A stretch of DNA of 64,000 nucleotides. It comes from Amphiscolops sp. MND2022. Lineage: Eukaryota. This document shows, piece after piece, positions 38,560 through 50,721 of this stretch; position 1 is the first letter of the stretch; each line of letters begins with the position of its first letter. The translations under genes were made by a program, and so were the position numbers. The notes beneath the pieces are model-generated. The model saw only the letters and a list, made by a program, of their open reading frames with translations, ran no database searches and was not told where the DNA came from. Where the stretch lies: the NCBI GenBank assembly GCA_964187785.1, contig OZ076409.1, positions 22,384,001 to 22,448,000 of the forward strand, in the 5' to 3' direction.

Positions 38560-41137
38560 CGTCTTGGGAAACTTTCCCTAGCGGTTTTTAAAAGATCTGG
38601 CCCCTGGGGATCAGCGCCAAGCCCGTTTCGACTCTGAAGGAGAAGCTAGAGTTTTGTTCCTATTTTAACCGATTGCTTGTATTCTTGGCCGCAGGAACGA
38701 AGGAGACCCTGAAAACCCGTAGAAAATTGCGTTTTCAAGTTCGAAAATGGCATTTTGAGGTTGAAAAAAGGAGCGAGAAGCAGAGTTTTGCTTTTTTAGT
38801 CGTATCACGTCCTACTGGAACCGGGAGAGGCGTTGAACTAGAGAAAACGCCGAAAAAATTACGTTTTCAGGTGTGAAAATGGTGTTTTTAGGTGTTTTAG
38901 AAGGAAATCGCTATTTTTGTGTGATATGTTGTGTACCCATCAGCGGGTATCTTTTTGCAGGTACAGAGGACCGTAGCCCGTGGCTACGGGTGTTTACCAG
39001 GTTTTTCAAGCTATTTTCAGCCATTTTATGCCATGCAAGAAGGTAACTGGTGGATGGCTGACTACGAGCCAGCGAGGCGAAGGAAGTGTCAAATTGTGTG
39101 TTGCCTACTTTCTACTCTCATTTCTCGTGGAGACGTCCTAGAAATATGGTTTTTAATGGACAGCAAGTGCAACATCAGACGATGCCAATGGTCCAAACGC
39201 GTGTCTCTGTCTGGTCTAGGTGTGGAGAAAAAGAGTGGTGAAGATGCACCCCGTGACCAGACGCGTCGCTCAAATGACTCATGGTGGGCGAAATTTTTGA
39301 AAATGCACCTTTTTCGACAGGGAATCGTCGGTGTAGGTCAGTAAGGTTTTATCGCAAATGTAACGACACCCTACGAAGTGTTTTTCGCGAAAAAGATGGT
39401 ACTTGGAAGAAAAAACCTCAATTTTGCGTTTTTTTGGTGTTTTTCTTGGTTTCGAGCACTAGTGCTCAGTGGAACCAGGAAAACCTTGTGAAAAGTGCTA
39501 CAAAAAGCAGCTACAAAGCTCGAGAAAACTGGTACAAAGCACGAGAGGCAGTATTTTGGCCTTCAGTTGTGATAAAAGTGCCGATTTAGTGACAGAAAAG
39601 TGAAAAAGGGGAAATTTGGCCTAAAAGGCACCCAAAACACAGACGTACACACGTGTAGAGACGTAGCAAAGCGGTGTACGGTGTTACCTCAAACGTAACT
39701 AACCCACAGGACACTAACTGCAATTTTTGTAGCGGATTCAGGCAGCCCGGGGCTCATACGGTACGAAAAACTTGTGATTTAAGGCATTTTCAGGCATAGA
39801 AAGTGCATTGTCTGAAAGTCTTGGGAGCGAAGCCTATTTGAACGGGGCGGATTGGAACGCCCTTATTTTCTGTTTTTGTAGCAAGAACAACGCGTGGTGG
39901 TGAAAATTGCGCGGATAAACGCCCATTCAGTGCTGAGAAAAGTGGAAAATTGCACTGAATTTGATCAATGTTCCACATAACCGGACTCTCTCTGAGCTAG
40001 GGTCGGGTCATCGATTCCTGAACCCTAGCTAAAACGTGGTTGCATTTTCGTAACCACCACCAAAATAAACGCTAGTGCCGAAAACTTGGTGAGCGTATCG
40101 CTCACCAAAGTCGAGAAAAGCTCTCTGACATTTCGACTTCAGAGAATCGAAAAAAAGCAAAAAAAGGTCCAAAGCTGCAGGACTGTCAGTGCCCAATACC
40201 TAACGGGTACAACCAATTGAGGGTTTATCCCAGTGCTACGGATAATGGGGCAACACGTAGGTCCCATTCTGCCCGCCGTATCACTTTCTGAGGTGATCGT
40301 CTTGGTCAGTTTGTAAAAAAAGTAGTCAAAAGCAGTGTTTTTCGTGTATAACGTCCATAGTGTGTCGAGACCTCAAGTAAGCGCTTGCGTTTCAATTCGA
40401 CCATATTAGTGGCATTGAAAGTGCCCACTGACATAAACTACCAAGTTTGGTGCCGATTTGTGTGATACTTGTTGAGAAAATAGGAAAAACGTGGCACCCA
40501 AAAAGGTGCGCAAAAAGGCAGTTTTTTCTTAATTTTTCCGAGTAACCCGGGCACCTTAGCCGACGGGTGGAGCTATATTGCAGCACACCATCGTAACTTG
40601 TGCTAGTTCCTACGTTGCTGCAGAGAATTTGAGCTTGCTAGCTCTTTCCAGTGGACCGCAATCTTGAAAAAGACGTGAAAAACAGAGTATTTTGGTACAT
40701 AGTGGTACCGCACGTCTGTACCTAGGTGAAACTGTGTAGAAGGGGTGCAGCTCAATTCTGTGTTCATTTTCGTAAACCTACAAGTATCTAAGATCTGCTG
40801 GTCAATTTTGGGCTTGATACGGCGCTTCCATCGCACACACGAGCCTCTTGAGTGTTACTGTGCGAATTTTGGAAAATCCAAAATTTTTTTGAAATTCTTG
40901 TGGGAAAACGCTGTGCAAATTTGAACAGCCTACAAGCCTTAGAACGTATTTCGAAAAATCTTGGACGTTGAAAAACATCAATTTCCTTAAGTTCCCACCG
41001 GGACGAATAAAGGGTTGGTCTTGATCTAGAGGCCCTGGTATCTTCGGAAACCTAGTCTGAGACCCCCTGAGTTGCTAGCGCCTGCTCGGTTGCTGGTATT
41101 AAGCGTATCAGCCACACAAGAAGCGGTGAAATCCAAC

Positions 41138-43615
41138 ATGAGTTCGCAGTCTTGGGTCACCATTGAATCCTCGATGGACGGTTAACGTTTTTCAGACGTC
41201 ATGTCTGACGAAGTTACTATTGAACAACAACGCAAGGAGGAGCTCGCCGCTATGGTTCATCCCTCCGAGGGTTCAGTCGTTTCTGGAAACTCCCGCCGAA
41301 CCGAGCAATGGGCTGATGAGACCTGCCGCGAGAGGACCAATGAGGCAGAGGAAGGTTGGCCCAACTCAAATATGACCAGTGACCCTGCTGCTGAGGAAGG
41401 ATGCTAGCGCGCACCCCTGGGTGAGGAGGCAAATCCCCGCCTACAAGCTACTGTGGACCAGGACCTCACCTATGTAGGAGGCATGGGCTATGCGAGACCA
41501 CAAGGGCATGGGGTAGCTCGAGGAACCACTCGAGTTTGTGCCTATGGGAAACACAAGAAATTTCGACCGCCCATGGTGAATGCAGGAGAGCGCCTCCCAG
41601 AGGCGTCTCGTGTGAGGAGCATGGATGGTTCAGTAGCCTCGTCACAACGGTCTTCGGTGTACAAAACAACACTATTGGATGCCCAACCCGATACCCAACG
41701 TACCTTAGCAGGACTAGCCAGCACTCGTGCTGAATGCAATGAGCAACACCATGCCATCGTAGAGAACATCAGGACGATGCAGACAACGATGCGAGAAGGG
41801 TTGCAGGTCAGTGACCAGTTGCGTACCGCGCAAAACGTACAGAGTGCTCGGGTGGATGCATTAGGTCACCGGATGGGTGAAATGAACGACAAGCTGATGG
41901 CCCGCGAGCTCCGCGTGGAGACCCAAATCAATGACTTGAGCAACCAAATGCACACCGTACTCAATGCCATCAACATCATGAGGCGCGAAAGGTCTCTCCC
42001 GCGACAACCCAGTTTGGGTGAAAGTGTGCAAACTGGAAGCTCTGCCCGAGCCCCGGAACAGCCACACCCAACTCGAGCGATAAAGTCTGAACTGGTGAGT
42101 GCACTAAAACCCAGCACCTCCAGGTCGGCGGTGCCCGAACCCCGAAGCAAGGACTTAGTGCTCACCATGCCTGACACGGAGCGCAAACCTACACGAGTGC
42201 AGATGAGAGGGCCCCACGACTCGTATTCGGCAGATTCACCGATGCCCTCTGCAGCCCTAGGCACCACTCGAGACCAAGGTGTGGACCCGATGTCAACGAT
42301 CTATCTAGATCCTCTACCGAAGTTGATTTATCCAGCACCAAAGCTACACTAGGGTCCCAGACTGATGGAGCCGCGTATGTGACGGCCCCTACCACGGTGT
42401 CCGGACGGAACTCACTGTACTTGACCGCCAACCTGACAGCCGATGACGGAATGCCCTCGGGCACTCCTTGTGCGAGCAGCACTCGAAAGACAGAAGAGAC
42501 TATGGACCTATCCGTACAAGCCACTCACGGTAGCGACGACGGGACGCGTGAGGTGGAACCGAGAGACGAGGAGGCAGAAGTCGTCTCCCCTGAGCAGCTA
42601 AGGTTCACTGCTGCCATATCCAAAGCCATGTCTAAGGAACTGGCACCTTTGTTTGCAGGGAGGGACTTGGCCCAAACAAGGCCCAATGTCTATCGTGGCT
42701 CCAAGGACGGGTCTATCGATGGATAGATCCTAGTCATGCAGAGATACCTGAAAAGGATTCAGACCAAGGTCTCGGCCGAAGACCGAGCCTGGAGCATCAT
42801 TGGTCACCTCGAGGGTGAAGCTCGCAACTACATCATTAACAAAGCCGAATCTGAACGCGACACCCCCGAGAAAGTGTTCGAGCTGCTGTCCAGTCGCTTT
42901 GGCGCTGGAGGAAATCGCATGCAGGTGCGGCAAATCTTCCAAAGCCGCGTTCAACAGGAAAAAGAAGACTGGATGCTCTAGAGGGTCTTAGAAGTCAAGG
43001 ATTTCCGCAGGAGACTATCACTATCAAGCGTTATGAAATCCTGCAGCGCTTCATGGAAGGTGTACGGGACCCACTATTGAGGCGGGAACTTGCCATAGTG
43101 TACGCCTCGGAAGTCTTTCTGACTGAACCACCCACGGTGGAGTCCCTGCGCTTCACCACCCGTGAATTCCAGCGCAATCGTCCCAAGCCCACACAACCCC
43201 TCAACCCTATGATCCCAGATTAGCTATGAGGTCTAGACCTCATCCCTTCGCACCACTACCTCCCAACAAGATGGTGCTACCTCAAGGAGTGATACCTCCC
43301 CCACCTGCGAGCAATGCCCCGCTAAATCAAGCAGCGGCACAACCTGCCGCGCGTTTAAACTTGGGTGCTTGCTTTAATTGTAGCCAAACCGGGCATTTTG
43401 CTCGAGACTGCCCCAATCGCGACGAAGCTCGCAAACCACTGGCTGCCCTCGAACCTGAAGGCGTGAAGGTCACTACTGAAGACGTGACTGATGGTGTTCT
43501 GGAAGGCTATCCCGGAATTTATCAAAGCTATCTCGGAGTCTTTGATCATGCGGAGGTGCAATGTGGTGAACACTCCCACGCCCCGAAACCCAACGACGAA
43601 TTCGCCTACAACTGA
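41138..43615 (+). pseudogene. gag: Element B gag with coiled-coil N-terminal region, capsid-like domain and one CCHC knuckle
   Basis: ATG at 41138 is in frame with ORFs 41201 and 41453; RAWSIIGHLEGEARNY...LLSSRFG; CFNCSQTGHFARDC. Confidence 0.88.
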
Positions 43616-43678
43616 TGGGCCGAAGTCGAGTCGGCTGGCGTCGCTGCGCACAGAGTACCGTACCCTTAGAGGTGACCC

Positions 43679-46600
43679 TTGGAGGATGATCGCGTATTAA
43701 TGCTACACCCGGCGGAACCGTCAGCATTCTATATCCCGCTAACAATTACTTGCGGTACCAAGCAAGTCCAAACCTGCTTAGAACCTACCACGTTTGACCC
43801 ACAAGGACGGACGTTGATCTCGATTCACCTGATGTTTGCCGCTGAACAAGTGCGCAGGCCAATATTAACCCTGGCGAAACTCTGGGTTGAACTGTCCATC
43901 CTCTTTAAACGAGTTGAGTTGCCCCGTCCCAAAGAATGGTACGCCCCTGGAGAGTCTGAAACCCTGACGACGTATTCCCCAGTACCGATCCGTGCCACGA
44001 TGGATGGTGTGGATGTGAAGTTCGAGGCCTGTGTGGTGGTGGATGTGTTCCCACCTGGCATATGTCTGGGTCCCCAAGAACTGAAGTGCTACAACATCAA
44101 CCACCAGGAACCCACTGGTGAGGCACGTATAGACGAGCGTGCGTCGCTTGTTGTTTCTTTCGTCGTGCCCCACGCGGCGCCCATCCCACTACGTTGACTG
44201 GTGGACACTGTTTCAAGTGTATTGGTATTGACGTTTTCCGCCTTCAACCGAGTGGCTGCTCGGACCGGTACTGTCCCAAAGCCCTATCAAATTGACTTGT
44301 ACGCTGCCGATGGAAAAACAATGAAGACCTATGGTCTCCCTGAGCAGATTCGTTTCCAATTGGGAGGGTACGAACTTGAAACCAACTTTGTCGTAGTAGG
44401 CGATGCAATGGGTGTGGAAGACTTTCTGCTAGGCCGGAACTTCCTCCGTTCCTATCAGGTCCTGGTGGATCTCACGTCCATGAAGATCGTTGTGCGAGCA
44501 CCCGTGAAGCCCGTTTGGCATCATGCACCCGCACAGGTAGATGATACTTCGCTAGCTACCCCGGTTGCCTTGGACTGCGATTTAGTCCTACAGCCTTTCG
44601 AGCGCACGGTGGCTAAAGCTAAGCTCATCACTGACGCGCTGGAACCATTGATCTTTCGAAGTGTGGCGCTCAACGCCTCATTGTCTGACACCTCATTGCA
44701 TAATGTCGTCTTTTTAGAGGACAGCGTGGCCAATGTCAGTGAGACAGGAACATTGTACGTGAGTTTGATAAACCTTACCAGCAACCCACAGCGTGTGCGG
44801 TGTGGTGTTCAACTGGGCACCGTAGTACCTGTGTCATTAGTGTATCAGGCTGTGCCTCAGAATCTGGACTCCCCTACAAAGACCAGCAAAGAAACTAAAG
44901 CCGACAACGGTCGTGCAAATTTTGTTTATAAAGTGTACAGTGAAATGAATCTATCCACTGCTTCTGAGTTGACTTCTTCTTCAGAATTTGAGTTTTTGTC
45001 CTCAACTGATCCTAGTGAGGCAGGGCTTTCGGAGCGTGAATGGGGCGCTAGCGCCTGCGAGTCTCTAGGCAATATTCTTAAAGAATTTGATGATTTGTTC
45101 ATGGAGCATAAGGCTGACATCGGCCGTTGCACCATCGCTAAACATACGGTAGAGGTGGAGCCTGGGGCTGTACCGCATCGTGAAGGTGCTCGTAGGATGT
45201 CCCTCGAAAAAGCTGAGCGTGCCAATCAAGAGGTGCGAAACCTGCTGGCCTTGGGAATGATACATCCTTCACTGTCCCCTTGGGCAAGTGGCATCGTAAT
45301 GGTAAAAAAGAAAAACGGGGAGTTGCGCTTTTGCTGCGACTTTCGCCCGTTGAACGAGGTAACCATCAAAGATGCCTACCCCTTGCCTCGCATCGATGAA
45401 AGCCTGGCACGGCTGGGCAAGTCCAAAATTTACTTCAGCATAGACCTTGCCTGGGCTTTTTGGCAAAATCCTGTGCGAAAGGCGCATCGCCACAAGACCG
45501 CATTTGCTTGCGAGTTAGGGTTTTTCGAATGGCGGCGAATGCCGTTCCGCATGTGCAATGCATCAGCCACCTTCCAGCGAGCAATAGCGCGAGCGCTACG
45601 GAAGATTGTTAACCGCGAGGGTAGCATGGTGATGGCCTACATCGATGATATTGTGATTGCGACCGAAACTGTGGAAGATCACATGGCACGCTTGCGCGAG
45701 GTCTTTGAATGCCTCCGCGAGGCTGTTTTCAATATGCGCGTAGCCAAACGTGACTTCATGAAACCAGAGATCAAGTATCTGGGACGCGTGGTCTCTGCAG
45801 AAGGCGTGAAGCCAGACCCGAAAGCCGTTGCCAAGTTGCGCGACTGGGAGATCCCTCGCAACAAAACGGAAATGCAGAGTTTTTTGGGATTCGCCAACTA
45901 CTATCGCGACTTCATTCCTTGGCACGCCAAGCTGGTCGCGCCCCTACATGCCGTCACTGGACTAAACGTCACCTTCACATGGGGTCCCGAAAAGCAAAAA
46001 GCGTTCAACGAAATCAAGAAAGCACTGATCGAGGCGACTGCGCTTCCGCAGCCTGATTCCGAAGGAGAGTTCGTGTTGGACACCGATGCCAGCGCTGTTG
46101 CCATTTCTGGCATCCTGCACCAGTGGCAGGGTCCTCCAGGTGAAAGACGCCTGAGACCTATTATATGGCAGCAGGAAACTGACCACCCGACAAGCCAAGT
46201 ATGGAGCTCCCAAACTGGAAATGTTTGCAGCTTATTCCTTTATTGTAAAAAACCACAGTTACCTTTGTCCTCGAAAGTTCACCCTGAGGGTGGATAATCA
46301 AGCCTTGTCCTGGTTGAAAACATATTCCACGGATCAAGCGTTGATCGGCCGATGGATTATGACCTTGGACAAGTATCACTTTCGTGTGGAACACCGCCCA
46401 CGAACTCAGCATCGCAACGCTGATGGCTTGAGCAAACGAACCAATGAATATCGATGCCGAGAAAAGCAGCTTGCGCAGCAGCCAGCCGCAGGTGAGCGTT
46501 GGAATTTCCTTTCCTCCGATGAATTCGACAAACTCCCTATTGCCCCGAGGTTCGACCTTCAGGGTCGAGTAATTCCAAATCACACCGATCTACCTGCGCA

Positions 46601-49600
46601 CTTGCGGAATCTGGAGCCTGAGGCTCCTAACCAAGTACTTCGTGTGCTTCGTCGTACTCAACGGGCGAACAGGCGGGACAGGCAGGCGAAGGCGTTAGCT
46701 GCGCCTCTACCACCTCCGCCCCCTCCCGTGCTACAGCTGCACGAGGACTTCTACCCAGACTATCCAAAAGACTGGATAGATGTCACTACCGAGGCTAGCG
46801 AGGACTACTTGCTGCCAACCCATGCTGTTAATGTGCCTTCTCGAACCGTGTATTCAATTGCAGGACAAAGTGCAGTTACGCTGCAAAATACTCCTCCGGG
46901 GTTACGTGACTCAATCATGGCTCTCAAAGACATCGACACTGAGCTTCATGAACATGCTCACACCGTGCATGGGATCAAGGATTTAGTTTTAGCCCAAAAC
47001 CGTGATGTACATGTGCTAGCACTAAAACAATTGGTGCTGAGCGAGTCCATTGACCATGACATTTTTCCTGAGAACGTGCGTGAGTTCGCACGTAACTACT
47101 TTCGCCAGAAAAAGGATCTCTTGTTCATAAACAAGATTGGTGTTCTTTGTGTGCAATATTCCCCCAACCAACGCCCTTTGCACAAACGTCCGTGCATGAT
47201 CGTCATGCCTCAATTGTACCAGCACGAGATCTTGTTCCGTGCGCATGACGCCATGAGACATCAGGGCATTTCGAAGGTGGTGGCTCGGATTCAAGAACGC
47301 CACACGTGGCCTGGCATCCGACGCAGTGTTGGCCGTTATGTTGGCCAGTGCCTCACCTGTCAACAGGTACGTGATAAGCCTGGTGACGTACGATTCCAGC
47401 TGAAAAACATCCAGGGTGGGTACTTTAACGAATTGGTCCAGTACGACCACCTGAAAATCAGCCCCTCTGACAATAACAATAACGGCATCTTGGTCATAAT
47501 CGACCAATTCTCCAAATTCGCGGAGGCGGTCCCACGTAGTCATCACGACTATGACGCTGTGACCTCGTCTCGGTTGCTGCTACAGAAATGGTTTGCCCGT
47601 CATGGCTCACCTACTCGTATGCAGTCAGACAAGGCTCCGAACTTGACTGCCGAAGTATCCAATGAGTTTTTGAAGGCAGTCCACGTCACGAAAGTGACTT
47701 CCACTGCAGGACATCCACGGACCCAGGGTTTGGTAGAACGCCAAAACCGCACACAGTTAACCTTGCTGCGCGTCTTTTGCTCGCGCCGCATGCGCGATTG
47801 GGACCAGTGCCTTGATGAGGTCATGGGTGCCTACAATTCTACGAGGCACGCCACCACTGGCTTCTCGCCCTACATGCTAACACGGGGCGTTGAGAAGGCT
47901 ATTCCTCTTACCTTTTTGTATCCTGAGTTTGCAGCTAAATCCTTCGATACGCATGAAGCGTACGTGGATCATGTGTTGGCTCGCCAACAAGAGATTCACG
48001 ACTTAGTGCGACGTAATACGCACCAGGCTCAGCTGCGTCAAAAATTGCAATACAATCGCGCTATTCAAGCACGAGCTTACCAGCCGGGAGAACTCGTCTG
48101 GGTTTTTGCCGCTATGTGCCGCAAAAAGGCTCCCCCAAGCTGATGCGTGCTTGGCGTGGCCCGCACAAGGTGGTACAGGTCTTTCAGGACGGTCGTGTCT
48201 ACGTGCTGGACACTGGCCAAAAAGGTCATTTTGAGTGCCTCAAACCGCACAACAGTGGACCGCTTGAGCTCGCCGCAGCGCACGCGGACAGCGGAGAGGT
48301 GGCAGTGCTCATGGACCCTGAACCTGAGCGTTCCGTCGACGTGGTCGATGATGACAAATCACTACCTTCGTATAAGACTGAACAACTGCTTTCAGAGGCG
48401 TCCGATGTGTCTTTGCCTTCGCGCAGACGTCACTGGATGGACACTCGCCTGCGCACGAAACTCCGTGCAGGAGGCTCGCGCATGCACTATCAGCAGTTTG
48501 ACTATTCCACTTCGGGTACTGATGACGAACTGTCTGATGTCATGTTGCTGGTACCTCCTGATCCCGTGGATGCTGATCAAGTGGAGCCTGAGGCTCCCAT
48601 GCCTTCTGCAGATCAATCGGTATCACCCACTCAACACCTACCTCAACTATTCTCTGACCATGAGCGTGCGCGCTCTCCGTTACCACAAGTATCTTCTCCT
48701 GCGAAACAGTCGTTGTTGCCGGGAACGTCGGCACCCTTGTTGACGAACCCATCATTGACGGATTTCCTCAGCAATTATCCCATCTGGCCGACTGCTCCTC
48801 CAATTCCTCTGAAGTCTACCAGCAGCGAAAGCGACGATCAGTTCAACGTGCCTAGTGTTCCCTCGATATTGCCCGGAGCGGAGACCGCTCCTTCTTCCAA
48901 AAGGGGGAGGGGGAGACCACCCAAGGCGCAGAAGAAACGGCTGGTCCGAGCAAAGGCAAGAACGAGAAAGAAAGAAACGCCAACGAAAGTCGAAACCGAG
49001 GCCCCAGCCGAAACAGCAGTCCCGGCCGAGACCGAAGCCCCAAGGTCTGCGGAAGCTCTAACGGAGGCCTCTGAAGCTCCTAGATACCAGCTGAGGAGTA
49101 AGCGGCAGCCACACTACAAGTGCGGAACTTGCGGGCTGCGAGACTGTGTCTGCCTGTTAGCCGTAAATGAGAACCGGAGGGTTCCCACTGGAGCCCGGCG
49201 AGTTCCTCCGGAAGGGGGAGAAAATCTGGTGCACCGCCTTACGGTAAGAGCCGAGAAGACCTACTCCGCCGTGGAACGATCTGGAGACTATCCGGTTGAC
49301 ACTGTTCTGGAGAAGTTGTCATCACCTGGGGTAGCAAAGGCTCCATGTCCCCGATTCAAGGAGTGGACTAGCAATGGAAAGGGGTTAGAGTTTACCCTGG
49401 CCACCGTGATGCCCCCTGTGCCCAGTAACATCGCATTTGGACCATTCAACTTCGAACGGGAACCTGTGCAAATGGCCCGGTGCATCACTGCTGATCTTTT
49501 ATGCGATAAGTGCGGAGTTCAAGTGGAACCCGGTGGAGTGTATAGCCCAGCGCCGCATTGGTGGTTACTGGTTACCGTTCCACGAGTGGAGGCAATAGTG

Positions 49601-50455
49601 GAACCGTTGCACATGTTGTCCTGTCTAGAGAGTCTAAGGACCCTCACCACTGCGGACCTGATACTTTGTTTCCACATCATTGATTGGTATCGGGGCAAGG
49701 TGAAATTTGCGTGGTGGTTGGAATTAATCATCACCTGCTTCACCACCTATCCCCGAATTCGACTACTAGAGGAGTGGACTCACACCTTCGAGATTCCTCT
49801 TTCCTTGAAAGCCGCTCTGAGCACTCTGGACACATGGGTCAAGGCCGGCAGTGACAATCGAGCGATGCCACGCTCGTTATGGCAAGACCTGGCTGCAGTC
49901 CAAGGGCGCACGCCTCGCGTGTGTCAGCCTGCTGATAATGGGCCTGGACGAGAGACTTTTTACCCGGGAGCCCTGTACTCAAATTCAGCAAAACGTATTT
50001 CGTATGATGTAACCGATTTTTTGCAAGTGGAAGGTGATGTAGTGTTAGCGTGCCCCGCTGACTTGAAAACTAACTCAGCTGCCCTACGATATGTACTGCG
50101 GGAGTGCGGCAAGGAGAGCGTGTTTTCCCTGCGGCCAAAGGTGGGTGAGATCCTCACCATCCCACCTGACATTAATCCTAATCCCAACCAGAGCATTCAC
50201 TTATTGATAGTCAGAGCAAGCCAGCGTGCACCGCTGCTGACTGATGACTATCTGCGTTGCATGACGCACTTGATACAGCGCTTGACGGACAAGGGATCCG
50301 CAAGGGTCCATCTGCCCATACTGGACCCAGAGAGACCAGCATTCTCTTTGATCAATCTGTACCACACCCTGACGAACATATTTGAGGGTACTGGTATTCA
50401 CGTGGTCTGGCACAACCGCGTGTACGTGTCGATATTGAGTATAGGGCTGGAATAG
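43679..50455 (+). pseudogene. pol: Element B pol with the same C-terminal AT-hook, Cys motif and tandem macrodomain-like extension
   Basis: LVDT(V)SS and LLGRNFL; YIDD; LDTDASA; HDAMRH...CLTC, GLVER, WRGPH; 779-aa terminal ORF 48116-50455 collinear with A 7942-10112. Confidence 0.95.
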
Positions 50456-50721
50456 CCTTGCCATATTGGTTCCCCCTGGTTCCCCCATCCCTTTGATCGT
50501 TGTTGTACCTGCGGGAGAATCTTGAACTCTCTCATTGAAATGTTATCTTGCAATATGTTTGCTTTGTACTGTTTTTCGTTCTAGTTAGTTAGTTAGATTT
50601 GAATCTAAGTTCGTTACGGTTCCCTTATGGAGCCGGTGTCGTGCTATCGTAACTGGCCTTAAGCTCTCACCAAAACTCACCTTGTAAGCCTAACGGTAGT
50701 CCTTTTTAGACCTATGAGTTA

